Shown: piece by piece, positions 51,163-61,063 of the stretch | How positions within the stretch are numbered: the first letter of the stretch is position 1 | How the letters are laid out: every line of letters starts with the position of its first letter | Sequence record: ON528729 | Length of the DNA stretch: 64,000 nucleotides | Reading direction: 5' to 3' (one strand) | Origin: Shigella phage ESh19 | Notes under the pieces: generated by a model | What the model saw: only the letters and a program-made list of their open reading frames with translations | What the model was told of the DNA's origin: nothing | The model's database searches: none | Program-made: the position numbers and the translations under genes

Positions 51163-51531
51163 ATGAAGGCAAAGAGTGGAAAAGACTTTTATTGCTTCCT
51201 ACAATCTTATGTCCAAAGTGTTCAAGAAGGTGACAGGTATAATCTTGATGATGTACTTCCGACACCCTTAACATGGCGTGATAGCAAATGGCCTGAGAAG
51301 GATATCAACCCTACCGAAACATATTCAGAATACACACCTAAAATTCCTCTACCAGATACTGAAGAACTTCTATATCCGATGTTCCATATTGTGGGTCTTG
51401 GTACATTTTTGATGGATATTCAATATGTGATGGGTAAAGGCTATAAGATTGACGGAGTTGTTGTAGGTGATGTTTCACCGCAGCACAAAGGTTATTTTAG
51501 ACTAAATGCAAGATTAGAGGCTAAGAAATGA
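51163..51531 (+). CDS. hypothetical protein (122 aa), paralog of N-terminal domain of next gene
   Basis: Shared pattern K.YPDFKEF..F...V..G.RY......LP.T.....WPE.DI...T...YTP....P..EELLY with 51528..52412. Confidence 0.5.
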   Translation: MKAKSGKDFYCFLQSYVQSVQEGDRYNLDDVLPTPLTWRDSKWPEKDINPTETYSEYTPKIPLPDTEELLYPMFHIVGLGTFLMDIQYVMGKGYKIDGVVVGDVSPQHKGYFRLNARLEAKK

Positions 51532-52412
51532 TTAAAGCAAAGACATATCCAGATTTTAAAGAGTTCGTTAAAGACTTTGTAGCGAATGTTAAAGCTGGCA
51601 AAAGATACGACTTCAGAAAGTATCAAGAGGCCGTTCTGCCTCTGACATATAGCTCACCGTGGCCTGAGTCTGATATTCCAGAAGTTACTGACTTCAATTA
51701 CACACCAGACTACACAGTTCCATTTAGCGAAGAACTTTTATATTCAGTTGGTGCTCAGATGAGGACTGCTGACTTCTTCATGGACTTGCAGTATGCAATC
51801 ATCAATGGGAAGGATGTTGACACAGTTTATTGTGAATGGTTGGCAAGGGTTAAACCTTTCTCCATGCTTAATGCAAAGTTGAAGGATGCAATCACACCTC
51901 CAGTTATTACACAGCAGCCAACTGACCAAACTGTTAACGAGGGTGGAACACTTACACTTTCAGTTGTTGCTACTGGTGCAACTGGTTATCAGTGGAAGAA
52001 AGGTGCATCAAACATCTCTGGAGCAACCTCTGCAACATATACTAAGAATGGCGTAGTCCCTACTGATGCTGGCGCATACACCTGTGTAGTTTCTGGTGAA
52101 GGTGGCTCAAGTGTTAATTCCAACGCTGCCACAGTAACTGTGAATGCACTGCCTGTGATTACACAGCAACCTACTAACCAAGAGATTACAGAGGGAGGTA
52201 CACTCACCCTTAGCATCGTAGCCACTGGTGCAACTGGTTATCAGTGGAAGAAAGATGATGTAGATATCCCTTCAGCAACATCTGCAACATATGAAAAGAC
52301 ACCGACTTCTAAAGCTGATGATGAAGGTACTTACTCTTGTGTTGTAACTGGTGTAGGTGGCTCAATCACATCCCAATCTGCCAAGGTGGTTATTAACGCA
52401 GTAGGAGGTTGA
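51528..52412 (+). CDS. protein with two Ig-like repeats (294 aa)
   Basis: Tandem repeats PVITQQPT.Q...EGGTLTLS.VATGATGYQWKK ... TSATY ... Y.CVV.G.GGS typical of Ig-like domains. Confidence 0.55.
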   Translation: MIKAKTYPDFKEFVKDFVANVKAGKRYDFRKYQEAVLPLTYSSPWPESDIPEVTDFNYTPDYTVPFSEELLYSVGAQMRTADFFMDLQYAIINGKDVDTVYCEWLARVKPFSMLNAKLKDAITPPVITQQPTDQTVNEGGTLTLSVVATGATGYQWKKGASNISGATSATYTKNGVVPTDAGAYTCVVSGEGGSSVNSNAATVTVNALPVITQQPTNQEITEGGTLTLSIVATGATGYQWKKDDVDIPSATSATYEKTPTSKADDEGTYSCVVTGVGGSITSQSAKVVINAVGG

Positions 52413-52879
52413 TAATGCAACTCTCAAGTAAAGGCTTAGAAGCCATTAAGTTCTTTGAAGGGCTTCGCTTAGAAGCCTATAAAGACTCTGCTGGAATCCC
52501 TACAATTGGTTATGGAACAATCCGTATCAACGGAAGACCTGTAACAATGGGGATGAAGATTACTGCTGAACAAGCTGTTCAATATCTCCTTGCAGATGTT
52601 GAAAGTTATGTAGGTGCAGTAAACAGAGCAATTAAGGTTCCGACTACGCAGAACGAATTTGACGCACTTGTTGTAGAGACTTACAACATTGGTATTGGTG
52701 CTATGCAGGATTCAACTTTTATCAAGCGTCACAATGCTGGTAACAAAGCTGGTTGTGCAGAAGCTATGCAGTGGTGGAACAAGATTACAGTGAATGGTCA
52801 AAAAGTAACTTCCAAGGGTCTACAAAATAGACGTAGTTTGGAAGCCAAGATTTACCTTGACGCTGTTTATCCAAAATAG
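52409..52879 (+). CDS. endolysin, GH24 (T4 lysozyme-like) muramidase
   Basis: LEAIKFFEGLRLEAYKDSAGIPTIGYGT matches catalytic region of phage lysozymes; 156 aa. Confidence 0.75.
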   Translation: MIMQLSSKGLEAIKFFEGLRLEAYKDSAGIPTIGYGTIRINGRPVTMGMKITAEQAVQYLLADVESYVGAVNRAIKVPTTQNEFDALVVETYNIGIGAMQDSTFIKRHNAGNKAGCAEAMQWWNKITVNGQKVTSKGLQNRRSLEAKIYLDAVYPK

Positions 52880-52917
52880 TAGATTAAGAGGCTCCTTCGG
52901 GAGCCTTTTTTATTTCT

Positions 52918-53328
52918 ATGGAGAAAACTATGAAGCTTTGGGCAAATGATAATGGTACTTTCAAGTACACAAGAAGTGGTATGAAGGTTCGTATTGCAGG
53001 AACCAAGTTGATTACGATGGGTGATAAGGTGTTCACAAAGTTTGTTGTTGAGGTCATTGAACGTTCACCTATCACAATGGCTAACAAAGGTTTCTTTGCT
53101 GGTGAACTGTACAACGTGGATGACAATGGTATGTTCTCACCTTTAGGTGAAAGTTCTCTTGATATTATTTCAGAGCACCCCTTGACAAGATGGCAGTTAT
53201 CAGGTTACTATAAATTTCTACTTGAGCAGAAGAAGAAGTTACACCAGAGTGAGGCTACATACCATAACAATGAGTGTATCAAACTTCTGGATAAAATTGA
53301 GAAAGCTGAGAGAGGTTATTATGAATAA
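52918..53328 (+). CDS. hypothetical protein (136 aa)
   Basis: ORF track. Confidence 0.5.
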   Translation: MEKTMKLWANDNGTFKYTRSGMKVRIAGTKLITMGDKVFTKFVVEVIERSPITMANKGFFAGELYNVDDNGMFSPLGESSLDIISEHPLTRWQLSGYYKFLLEQKKKLHQSEATYHNNECIKLLDKIEKAERGYYE

Positions 53329-53704
53329 AGAGATTCAAGTCAAAGTTGACACTTCGCGTCATGGTGTTCAAGATTTGGAATTAGTTGATGCTTCCATCTA
53401 TGAACGTGATGGGGAGCTTTTCCTTCATTTTACAAAGGCTGATAATGAGCTTCGCCGTGTACGTGATGATGAAGATGGTTGCCCTGTTTTTGGTTGGTAT
53501 GGTGTTGATTTCCCGTTATATGCTTACCACTACCCAGATGGTCAGGAAGATTGGACTACACAGGCTATCTTTGATGAACTGAATGGTGTACCTCTGGAAG
53601 ATGAGGTTTCAGAACCAACTCTTCTAACTTTCACCTTCATCAAAGAAGAAAAAGTAGGTGATATCTCCGTAACAGAAGCGTTGCAAGTTACACAGGTACT
53701 TTGA
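53321..53704 (+). CDS. hypothetical protein (127 aa)
   Basis: Start refined to ATG 53321 (RBS GAGAGG). Confidence 0.45.
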   Translation: MNKEIQVKVDTSRHGVQDLELVDASIYERDGELFLHFTKADNELRRVRDDEDGCPVFGWYGVDFPLYAYHYPDGQEDWTTQAIFDELNGVPLEDEVSEPTLLTFTFIKEEKVGDISVTEALQVTQVL

Positions 53705-53705
53705 T

Positions 53706-53999
53706 ATGAGTAAAGTACAGGTTATATTTCCAATTAATGACTTCAGCTATGAAGCTGAGTTTGACCTGTACGAAGAACTCACTGATGATGTTATCTGGAG
53801 TGTGGTGACAAAGGCCATTAAGAAACTTTATGGTGGCCTTTTAAACCCTAATAACCCAAAAGTGTCAACAAAGCAAGTTTCTGAGCCATACACTAGCTAT
53901 GATGCTGAAAAGAGTAAGTTCGAGATTACTTGCTATGACCTTATGGTATCTGATAACAAAATCAACTACTTCTTCGTCAGAGAATACACAGATGCTTAA
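53706..53999 (+). CDS. hypothetical protein (97 aa)
   Basis: ORF track. Confidence 0.45.
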   Translation: MSKVQVIFPINDFSYEAEFDLYEELTDDVIWSVVTKAIKKLYGGLLNPNNPKVSTKQVSEPYTSYDAEKSKFEITCYDLMVSDNKINYFFVREYTDA

Positions 54000-54336
54000 G
54001 CTCCACATCGTTGTTTATAAGAATTTTGCAGATATACAAGAAGCCCTGTCATCAAGGCTGGACAAATGTCAGCAAAGACTATTTCTGATGTTTGATATGC
54101 TTGACTATAAACAACCTGATAAGCTTGTGTATAAAGATGGTACAGTAATCTTTAAAAGTGAAGATTCAGTGACCATCTTTGTTAAGCATGATATGCCAGC
54201 TAAAAATATAGGGATGCTTGAGTTCTACATCTACCAATCCACAGGTATGCGTGGTGAGGGTATTAAAATAGATTCTATTGAGGTCTTTGAAAAACCGAAG
54301 ACACCACTTAAAAAGTATTTAGTGAGGAAGTTATAG
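53992..54336 (+). CDS. hypothetical protein (114 aa)
   Basis: Start refined to ATG 53992 overlapping previous stop. Confidence 0.45.
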   Translation: MLKLHIVVYKNFADIQEALSSRLDKCQQRLFLMFDMLDYKQPDKLVYKDGTVIFKSEDSVTIFVKHDMPAKNIGMLEFYIYQSTGMRGEGIKIDSIEVFEKPKTPLKKYLVRKL

Positions 54337-54337
54337 T

Positions 54338-54931
54338 ATGAGTGTAAACATTAAAGAAAATGGTGGAGTTGATTCTCCACAAGTTGCATTAGTTCAACAC
54401 TACGGCAATGTTCAGGGTGTGCTTGCTGCGTTCCAGCCAAACATTAACTCACCAGCAAAAATTGCCAAATTGACTATGGATGTGAACAACATCTCTGCAT
54501 GTACCATTGAAGATGTGCAGTACTTTAAGTTCTCATCTAAAGAAGTTGATGAAGCACTTCTGAAGTACCGTTTAGACCTTGAGAAAGACATTAACCACCA
54601 AGAGGTTGTGAAACTGTTTGGTGACCTGCATGATATGCTTGATAAAGTTCACAAGCGTACATATTATATGAATGGTGGTTCTATTATCACTACGTACACT
54701 TCTCCATTCACTAAAGAGGTCATCTTAACAGATGATGAGCAGTTCTTTGTTATGACTGCCTCAAGTTCAGATTGGTGGATGAAGAACACAGGTATGAAGA
54801 CGATTATTGAAGCTATTCGTCAGCATATCCCGAACTTCAGCCCTTGGAAGGGTGCTTCTGATGACTTCATAGCTATCCTTGAAGATGTTCGAAGCAGAAA
54901 AAGTAAATTACTGCCTAGAAAATATACTTGA
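54338..54931 (+). CDS. hypothetical protein (197 aa)
   Basis: ORF track. Confidence 0.5.
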   Translation: MSVNIKENGGVDSPQVALVQHYGNVQGVLAAFQPNINSPAKIAKLTMDVNNISACTIEDVQYFKFSSKEVDEALLKYRLDLEKDINHQEVVKLFGDLHDMLDKVHKRTYYMNGGSIITTYTSPFTKEVILTDDEQFFVMTASSSDWWMKNTGMKTIIEAIRQHIPNFSPWKGASDDFIAILEDVRSRKSKLLPRKYT

Positions 54932-55001
54932 CAGTGATATCTAGAATTTTGTATGATGGGAGCTATCGAAAGGTGGTTCCCTTTTTTATTGGAGAGATAA
55001 A

Positions 55002-55742
55002 ATGAACAAAGTTAATGAATCAGATACAATTTTTATATATGTCAAGGAAAACCCATTGCGTAGAGTTGCAGCTACTGTCACACATGTCTCTGATAGTGGT
55101 GTGGTGTACTTCAGACCTTTGAAAAATATACACTTCAAGTTGTACCCAGATTCTCAAAACCTTGCAGAAGGGCATTTGTGGGCTGGTAAGGTTTATTCGA
55201 CTGCTGATATAGAAAATCTGGTATTCACAGGAAGCTTTAAAGACCTCCTTGGTATTGCTTTGGCAGATACTGGAATTATTAAAGATGAAGAGTCTGAAAA
55301 GGCAACTTTTGAGGCAACTCCGACTCTGAAGAAAGAGGTAACTCCAAAGGTTAGAACGATTGATGTTACTATTGAGGCTCCTACACACAGACTCACAGAT
55401 GTACCTGAGCAAGAGTCTAGATATCAAACTAAAGAAAACGGTCATCAAACTCTGGTCGTAGATAATGTCAGAGATTACTTCAAGTATTTCTGTGATGCGA
55501 ATCCACATAGCCATGCTTGGACTACACCACAAAAGAAATTTGACTCCATGTTGACCAATGCTTGTGAAGATGCTAAAAAGAAAGCTGAAGAGTTAAAAGA
55601 AGCAATCAGTGTCACAGACCATGTGGTTAATAAGAATGACATTGAGTACACAGTAAGGATGATGTTAAAAGCTGGTTTAACACCTTATCAGATTGCTGAA
55701 GAGATTCAAAGGCAATTCTACAATGCAATGGTGAAAGAATGA
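55002..55742 (+). CDS. hypothetical protein (246 aa)
   Basis: ORF track. Confidence 0.5.
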   Translation: MNKVNESDTIFIYVKENPLRRVAATVTHVSDSGVVYFRPLKNIHFKLYPDSQNLAEGHLWAGKVYSTADIENLVFTGSFKDLLGIALADTGIIKDEESEKATFEATPTLKKEVTPKVRTIDVTIEAPTHRLTDVPEQESRYQTKENGHQTLVVDNVRDYFKYFCDANPHSHAWTTPQKKFDSMLTNACEDAKKKAEELKEAISVTDHVVNKNDIEYTVRMMLKAGLTPYQIAEEIQRQFYNAMVKE

Positions 55743-55957
55743 AAAAGTTTACAACTCTAGGTGAATACTGGAAGCTCTCTGTTTCTGAGCAGTACAGACG
55801 AGCTAAGAAGACTAAACAGTGCTATGGCAAGTTTGCCAGAGGTGATATTCTGGTATGTACTGAAGAGTCACTTAAGAATGTTACTCCAAGAGGTAAGACA
55901 TTCCAGAGAATGATTGACAGAGAGTGGAATGCACGATTAAAGAGGATTGAACAATGA
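55739..55957 (+). CDS. hypothetical protein (72 aa)
   Basis: ORF track. Confidence 0.45.
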   Translation: MKKFTTLGEYWKLSVSEQYRRAKKTKQCYGKFARGDILVCTEESLKNVTPRGKTFQRMIDREWNARLKRIEQ

Positions 55958-56460
55958 TTTATGAAGATTCAAGAGACCAGATTTCTTATGAGAAGTCAAG
56001 ACACCATGTATCTTTCAAGATTGTGAAAGCAAACGGTGAAGAAGGAACTATTTCACACTTTGGAGGTGAAAATTGGTTTGGTACAGGATGTTTTGAAGGT
56101 TACAGCAGAGAGTACTTGAAAGCTTTCTACAGAGACTTCTCAGCAGACTACAACGAACTTATCAATCTTGAAAATAAGCGTAGAAATGCTGAACATAATA
56201 CCAGAGGGTGGGCAGGAATAGCAATCATGTTATCTGTATTCCTTGCTATGATTTGTGTAATCTCCTTCGGTGGCATGTACATGCAGGATTTAACGTTTAA
56301 CCAAGCTGAGAAGAAAATTTCTGAGATTTGGTTCTTGTATGTGATTCCAATAGTTGGTATCATCCTCTCATGTTTGAGAATGACAACTTACAAGAAGAAG
56401 ATTGTAGAGTTTGAGAGTAAGTTTGAAGAGGTAAGTAAAGAATGCAACCTAAAATTTTAG
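55954..56460 (+). CDS. membrane protein (168 aa, two TM segments)
   Basis: Hydrophobic stretches GWAGIAIMLSVFLAMICVISFGG and IWFLYVIPIVGIILSCL. Confidence 0.5.
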   Translation: MIYEDSRDQISYEKSRHHVSFKIVKANGEEGTISHFGGENWFGTGCFEGYSREYLKAFYRDFSADYNELINLENKRRNAEHNTRGWAGIAIMLSVFLAMICVISFGGMYMQDLTFNQAEKKISEIWFLYVIPIVGIILSCLRMTTYKKKIVEFESKFEEVSKECNLKF

Positions 56461-56530
56461 TAGTTTGTATCCGCTATGCTATTGCGGAAATGATTAACCA
56501 GAAAATCTTAAAAGATATCTCGGAGGGTAA

Positions 56531-56740
56531 ATGATTAGAACACCTGTCAAGCCTTTTGGCTTTAACACTCTGGAAGAGTTCAAAGAGTACCTTGAGAAAG
56601 GTTTCTACAACGAACAACCAGTAACAGTGATTAAATCTGACTTAGCACAGCTTGTTGACATTGCTATTGCAGCAACTGAGACTAAGAAGAAAGATAAAAA
56701 GATTTCTTCAAAGAAAGATAAAGAATCTGCTGAAGAGTAA
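56531..56740 (+). CDS. hypothetical protein (69 aa)
   Basis: ORF track. Confidence 0.45.
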   Translation: MIRTPVKPFGFNTLEEFKEYLEKGFYNEQPVTVIKSDLAQLVDIAIAATETKKKDKKISSKKDKESAEE

Positions 56741-56781
56741 TCTGTCAAGGGGTGTAAAAGCCCCTGTTTAGAGGAAAAGCT

Positions 56782-57078
56782 ATGACTCCACAATCCAGAG
56801 GCGTTAAAGGTATCCATCCTCCAAAGGGTGGCTGGAAAGATAACACTTTCTATATCGTTGAAGTTGCTTACAAGCCACTTAACATGATTCATAAAGCGAT
56901 GTTCTACACAGGGTTCTGTGATGATAATGGTGTACCTGCTGGTTACAACTGGCTTATGAATGGTGGTTATGAAGAACTTTGCAACATTCAAGAAGCTTAT
57001 TACTTGAAAGCTATTGCAGAGTTACCTGACGAGTTTCAGATTGAGAGAGATGAGGATTGGAAAGATGAAGAATGTTAA
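56782..57078 (+). CDS. hypothetical protein (98 aa)
   Basis: ORF track. Confidence 0.45.
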   Translation: MTPQSRGVKGIHPPKGGWKDNTFYIVEVAYKPLNMIHKAMFYTGFCDDNGVPAGYNWLMNGGYEELCNIQEAYYLKAIAELPDEFQIERDEDWKDEEC

Positions 57079-57499
57079 AGAGGTAGTGCGTAAAGCTTTG
57101 CTTAACAACGGGACTAAAGACGATATGTATAAAGATATCGTTGCAGAATTTGGTTGTTCAAGACATGCTGCAAAGGTTCTTCTACATAGCTTTATCTGGG
57201 AGTGTTCAGAAGCTTACATGCAATCTGTAATAACTGAAGGGCTTGATATGTCTCTACCTGAACGCTTCAAAGAAGAGACTGAAGATAGCTCCATAAAGCT
57301 AAACACACTCTATATTGTAGAAACCATTGGTACAGGTGAACCAGTAGGTACAATACTTATTGAAAGTGGGTGTAATGGTAAGTTTATTGGTTATGGTGAA
57401 GCAAACGCATATAGTGCATTCTCAACCGCACACTGGATAGTTGAAAATGATGGGTATATTCAGGTCAATGGTAAAAATACTTTCAAACTTAAGATGTGA
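57065..57499 (+). CDS. hypothetical protein (144 aa)
   Basis: ORF track, start refined to in-frame ATG 57065. Confidence 0.45.
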   Translation: MKNVKEVVRKALLNNGTKDDMYKDIVAEFGCSRHAAKVLLHSFIWECSEAYMQSVITEGLDMSLPERFKEETEDSSIKLNTLYIVETIGTGEPVGTILIESGCNGKFIGYGEANAYSAFSTAHWIVENDGYIQVNGKNTFKLKM

Positions 57500-58167
57500 T
57501 TATGGGACACCTACTGAAGAAGAGTTGGAAGAACTTAACAGATATGGTTCCCCATCTGAAGAGGAAGCGGAAGAACTCCGAAGAATGGGAAGCAATTACT
57601 AAGAAATGTTTTAAGGATTTGATAGAGATGAAAAAGTTTGAACTTGAAAGAAAGTATCTGGTACTGAGTCTAGATGATATTAACACTTATCTGTCAGAGG
57701 ATGAGCAAGAGTATCTTAACAATATTGTTGACACACTCTACAATGCACGTATAGAGGATTGTAAAGACCAACTTGAAGGTATCTTTATCAAGAAGTCTTA
57801 TCCGTTCTATGAAGATACTTTGAAGAAACTTGAGATGTATGTTAAGCAGCAGAACCGTAAAGAGTTCTCTATGATTTCTCTTGGTGGACAACAAATGCTG
57901 GTTATGGAAGATATAAACCCTAAGAGAACCAACAAAGGTGTTTGTATCAAGGTCACAGGTAAAGAGGAATTTGTTGAATATGACATACTCAGACACATTA
58001 TAGATGGTTTGGGTGCTGTACTGAACATGAATGAATACCATATTAGTTCACACCCGATTAAGGGTGACCAGATAATGATTCAGGTAAGAGAACGTCATAA
58101 TGGGTTCACACACTTCTTCCAGACTTCTAAAACTTCATTGCAAACTATGCTTAGTGAAGTGATGTAA
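57496..58167 (+). CDS. hypothetical protein (223 aa)
   Basis: ORF track. Confidence 0.5.
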   Translation: MIMGHLLKKSWKNLTDMVPHLKRKRKNSEEWEAITKKCFKDLIEMKKFELERKYLVLSLDDINTYLSEDEQEYLNNIVDTLYNARIEDCKDQLEGIFIKKSYPFYEDTLKKLEMYVKQQNRKEFSMISLGGQQMLVMEDINPKRTNKGVCIKVTGKEEFVEYDILRHIIDGLGAVLNMNEYHISSHPIKGDQIMIQVRERHNGFTHFFQTSKTSLQTMLSEVM

Positions 58168-58175
58168 AACTATAC

Positions 58176-58223
58176 AGCCCCTTAAAATGGATTCGATAGA
58201 ATCTATCTCATAGGGGCTTTTTA
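58176..58223 (+). terminator. terminator-like hairpin (CAGCCCCT...AGGGGCT then TTTTT) ending plus-strand cluster
   Basis: Stem with nested GATTC/GAATC hairpin followed by T5. Confidence 0.45.
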
Positions 58224-58339
58224 TTGAGTAAATTTACGAAATTTATAATTTTTATAAAATTTGGGATTCACTCCGTTCATCTTGGGTCACCATGATATGT
58301 GATAAAATATCTATACCCTTCTAAACACCCTCTCTAAGC

Positions 58340-58590
58340 ATCATCTCTATATAGTATTATATAGTATCTATATAGCCTCTTAGTCTCTAAATAGTGCTCT
58401 CTATATAGCCCTCTATAAAGCCTTCTAAGCCTACCATTAATCAACCCTATACAATCACCTTCCTAACCTCTTTCTAGCCCCTTAGAAGCCCCTATACCCA
58501 TCTTAATCTCTATGTCCAAGATAGTACCCTATATAGCAGAATCACTAGGTATTACTAAGCCTCTATATAGACTGTTATATAGCACTAAAC
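58340..58590. repeat. cluster of CTATATAG / TATAGCC short motifs on pyrimidine-rich plus strand
   Basis: ctatatagtattatatagtatctatatagcc ... ctctatatagccc ... cctatatagcag ... ctctatatagactgttatatagc. Confidence 0.5.
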
Positions 58591-58799
58591 AGGTATTCCC
58601 TTCTAAGGCTTATTCTACAAGGTCTAACACGGTACTAACAAGGTCTCTTATAAACCTGTTAATTCCTGTTTTATATAAGATAGTGTATAGATAGTTATTC
58701 AGAATTATAAAATTTTTATAAAATAGACTAGGTAGTGTTTATTTAGGGGTCTTTGGAGAATCTGAAAAATATCTACTTAGGGTGTATATCTGCTTGGTA

Positions 58800-59310
58800 G
58801 CCCTTAACAGCCCTGTAACATCCCCTTTGCAAAATCTTAAAATATCATTAACAATCTCTTAACAACTCTCCCAAGCTCTTAACATCTCTTCAAAGGTCTT
58901 AACAGTTTCTTAACAGAACTAACAAGGGTGTAACAAGAGTTTAATAGTACTTACAAGAATCTAACAAGTTGCTTATAAGTTGCTAAATAGTTAAATCTTA
59001 AGAGTTATTTTGTTAAGATAATTAACAAGATACTAACAAGTTCTAAACCTTTTTAACAAGCTATTAACATGGTCACTATCTCTTCTCTTATCGTTCCCTA
59101 TCCCTCTCAGTGATTCTCTAAACATACCTCTTAAAAGCCCTGTATAGCTCTGTGTGGCCTCTTCTAAGATTCTTACTAGTATCTATAGCCCAACTGACTA
59201 TATAGCTCTTTATAGCCCTTTATAGGGACTTATACAGGGACTTCAAAGTGTCTAACAAGCTTTTAACATACATCTAACAAGGATTTAACAAGGGGCTAAC
59301 AAGTCTCTAA
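58800..59310. repeat. array of degenerate about 10-11 bp tandem repeats (CTTAACAAG / CTAACAAG-like units)
   Basis: More than 20 units such as tcttaacaac, tcttaacatc, gtcttaacag, aactaacaag, aatctaacaag, gctaacaag, with roughly helical-turn periodicity. Confidence 0.6.
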
Positions 59311-59368
59311 TAAGCATAACTATGTTGCATTTGTTAAGATTTTGTTAAGAGAATGTAAAGGGGGCTAA

Positions 59369-59409
59369 CTTTTACGTTACTTTTAAGGTTCTTTTACGTT
59401 ACTTTTAAG
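59369..59409 (+). repeat. 19-bp perfect direct repeat CTTTTACGTTACTTTTAAG x2 (22-bp period)
   Basis: Copies at 59369-59387 and 59391-59409. Confidence 0.6.
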
Positions 59410-59771
59410 CTCTTTTTAGTCTCCATAACACATTATTAAGTAACTTTCAAGCACCTGTTTAACCATTCACAAGATACTAACGAGATAATAAAGCTTATAC
59501 CCCTTATAAGATTCTTTTAAGGCTCTAGAAAGCTCTATAAAGGGCTTTTAAGAAGTGGTTAATATGATTGCTTAAGATGAGATGATAAGCCCGTATAGAG
59601 CGTTATAGAGCGTTTTAGAGATTGCCCTTCCCTTTCGGGTTATGGGCTTATATTTAAGGGAAAGATTAGTTGACTTGATAAGATGATATAGAGTAAGCTA
59701 TAGAGTTATTGTTCTAAAGGTCTGGTAAGATTCTAGGAAGGGTTCTGTATAGAGTCCTATCTCATAGACGT

Positions 59772-59795
59772 AAAAAAGCCCCATCTAAGGGGCTG
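59772..59795 (-). terminator. rho-independent terminator (AGCCCC-ATCTAA-GGGGCT then UUUUUU on minus)
   Basis: 6-bp stem preceded on plus by A6; lies 3' of the minus-strand early gene array. Confidence 0.55.
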
Positions 59796-59835
59796 TAAAG
59801 GTGTCTGGGGCTATTTGCCCCGTTGCGGCGTCTTG

Positions 59836-60084
59836 TTAGTTCCTGCCAACCTTATCATAGTAAATAGAGATTATAGCATCTTCCCAATAGTGGTATGAGT
59901 AACCATCATTAATGGCCTCATTGACGGCAAAGTTCCAATAATCCTTTTCAGGGTTATAATCACTAATTACTGCAATGACAAGAGATTTCAGTAGTTTTTC
60001 TGGTAATTCAGAATTAGCAAGGTCTAATTTTGCATCAAGGATATAAGCACCAAAGTTGTTTACAGTAACACGTAAAGTAGCCAT
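59836..60084 (-). CDS. early protein, hypothetical (82 aa)
   Basis: ORF track; own promoter/leader cassette upstream. Confidence 0.55.
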   Translation of the reverse strand: MATLRVTVNNFGAYILDAKLDLANSELPEKLLKSLVIAVISDYNPEKDYWNFAVNEAINDGYSYHYWEDAIISIYYDKVGRN

Positions 60085-60147
60085 TTTCAGATTCTCCAGT
60101 TTAGGAATTTTAGGTTAGTGGGGAAGTTTCCCTCCCCGTTGAAAGTA

Positions 60148-60176
60148 ATATTAATTCATTGCTGCATAAGTTGCAA
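60148..60176 (-). promoter_or_regulatory. early promoter TTGCAA-N17-TAATAT with conserved leader (hairpin GGGGAGGGAAACTTCCCC, RBS AACTGGAGAATC)
   Basis: Minus-strand reading; overlaps 3' end of upstream gene 60151..60414. Confidence 0.55.
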
Positions 60177-60414
60177 GTCTTTTTTCATTGTATTTTGTAA
60201 GAATCTCACAAGATAAAACGTCATACTTTGCAACGGCTTCAGATTTAGTTAAACCGAAATGGCTTACAATTTCACCATTCATGTATCCAACTACTTCATA
60301 AGATTCTGCGACGATTTCACCGTTGAACCAATCACTTTCAATACGTTTGCAAAGTTGGATATCTTCTTTGTCAGTACCGATTTGTAACAGGATAGTGATT
60401 TCTTGATTATTCAT
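60151..60414 (-). CDS. early protein, hypothetical (87 aa)
   Basis: ORF track; cassette upstream. Confidence 0.55.
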   Translation of the reverse strand: MNNQEITILLQIGTDKEDIQLCKRIESDWFNGEIVAESYEVVGYMNGEIVSHFGLTKSEAVAKYDVLSCEILTKYNEKRLATYAAMN

Positions 60415-60473
60415 TTTCTAGTCTCCAGTTTAGGATTGTTGGGGAAGGTCATTCCCTCCCCGTTGATAAGTAC

Positions 60474-60500
60474 TTTATAGATTTACGATGATTTCGTCAA
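60474..60500 (-). promoter_or_regulatory. early promoter TTGACG-N15-TATAAA with conserved leader
   Basis: Minus-strand reading; spacer shorter than optimal. Confidence 0.4.
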
Positions 60501-61002
60501 GCTCTTTTTGCATATCTTTTACGGATTTTTCGTGTAATTTAATCATATCATTTAATGCTTGCCCTAACTGTAAATTGAAATCAATATCTTTTGTCTCACT
60601 AAGGTAAATACTTTCTACATCGTAAAGGTGGCAAGGATGACAACCTGTTCCCATTGCCTGAGTACCAAAAGCCAATGGCATGATATACATGTTATGAGAC
60701 TTGATAGAGCGTTCATAAGCCATTTTAAAGCGGTTTAATTCTGCCTTTGATGATTTGATGCAGTGTTCACAAAGTTCGGCTACCAGTTCCATAAAATCCG
60801 GTAGAATTGTTGCAACAGCTTTCATAAAGTTGTCTGCTGTTACTGCCTTAACGTTTTGGCGATGTACATAATACTTTTTATCTTCCCCTTTCGTAATGAC
60901 TGCAAACAACTTGTCATTGCAGCGAAATTCGAAGGTGTCTTTTACTGGCTTGCTCATCACTGCATTGGAACGGATATGGTTGATTGCTTGGAACTTATTC
61001 AT
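60475..61002 (-). CDS. early protein, hypothetical (175 aa, CHPCH motif)
   Basis: ORF track; cassette upstream. Confidence 0.55.
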   Translation of the reverse strand: MNKFQAINHIRSNAVMSKPVKDTFEFRCNDKLFAVITKGEDKKYYVHRQNVKAVTADNFMKAVATILPDFMELVAELCEHCIKSSKAELNRFKMAYERSIKSHNMYIMPLAFGTQAMGTGCHPCHLYDVESIYLSETKDIDFNLQLGQALNDMIKLHEKSVKDMQKELDEIIVNL

Positions 61003-61063
61003 TCTAGATTCTCCAGTTTAGGAATTTTGTTTAGTGGGGAAGTTTCCCTCCCCGTTGATGAAT

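Noticed and set aside
58224-59771. Possible CRISPR array suggested by dense short repeats
   Set aside because: Repeat units are only about 8-11 bp, degenerate and contiguous, with no alternating 25-40 bp repeats and unique spacers; no cas genes nearby.
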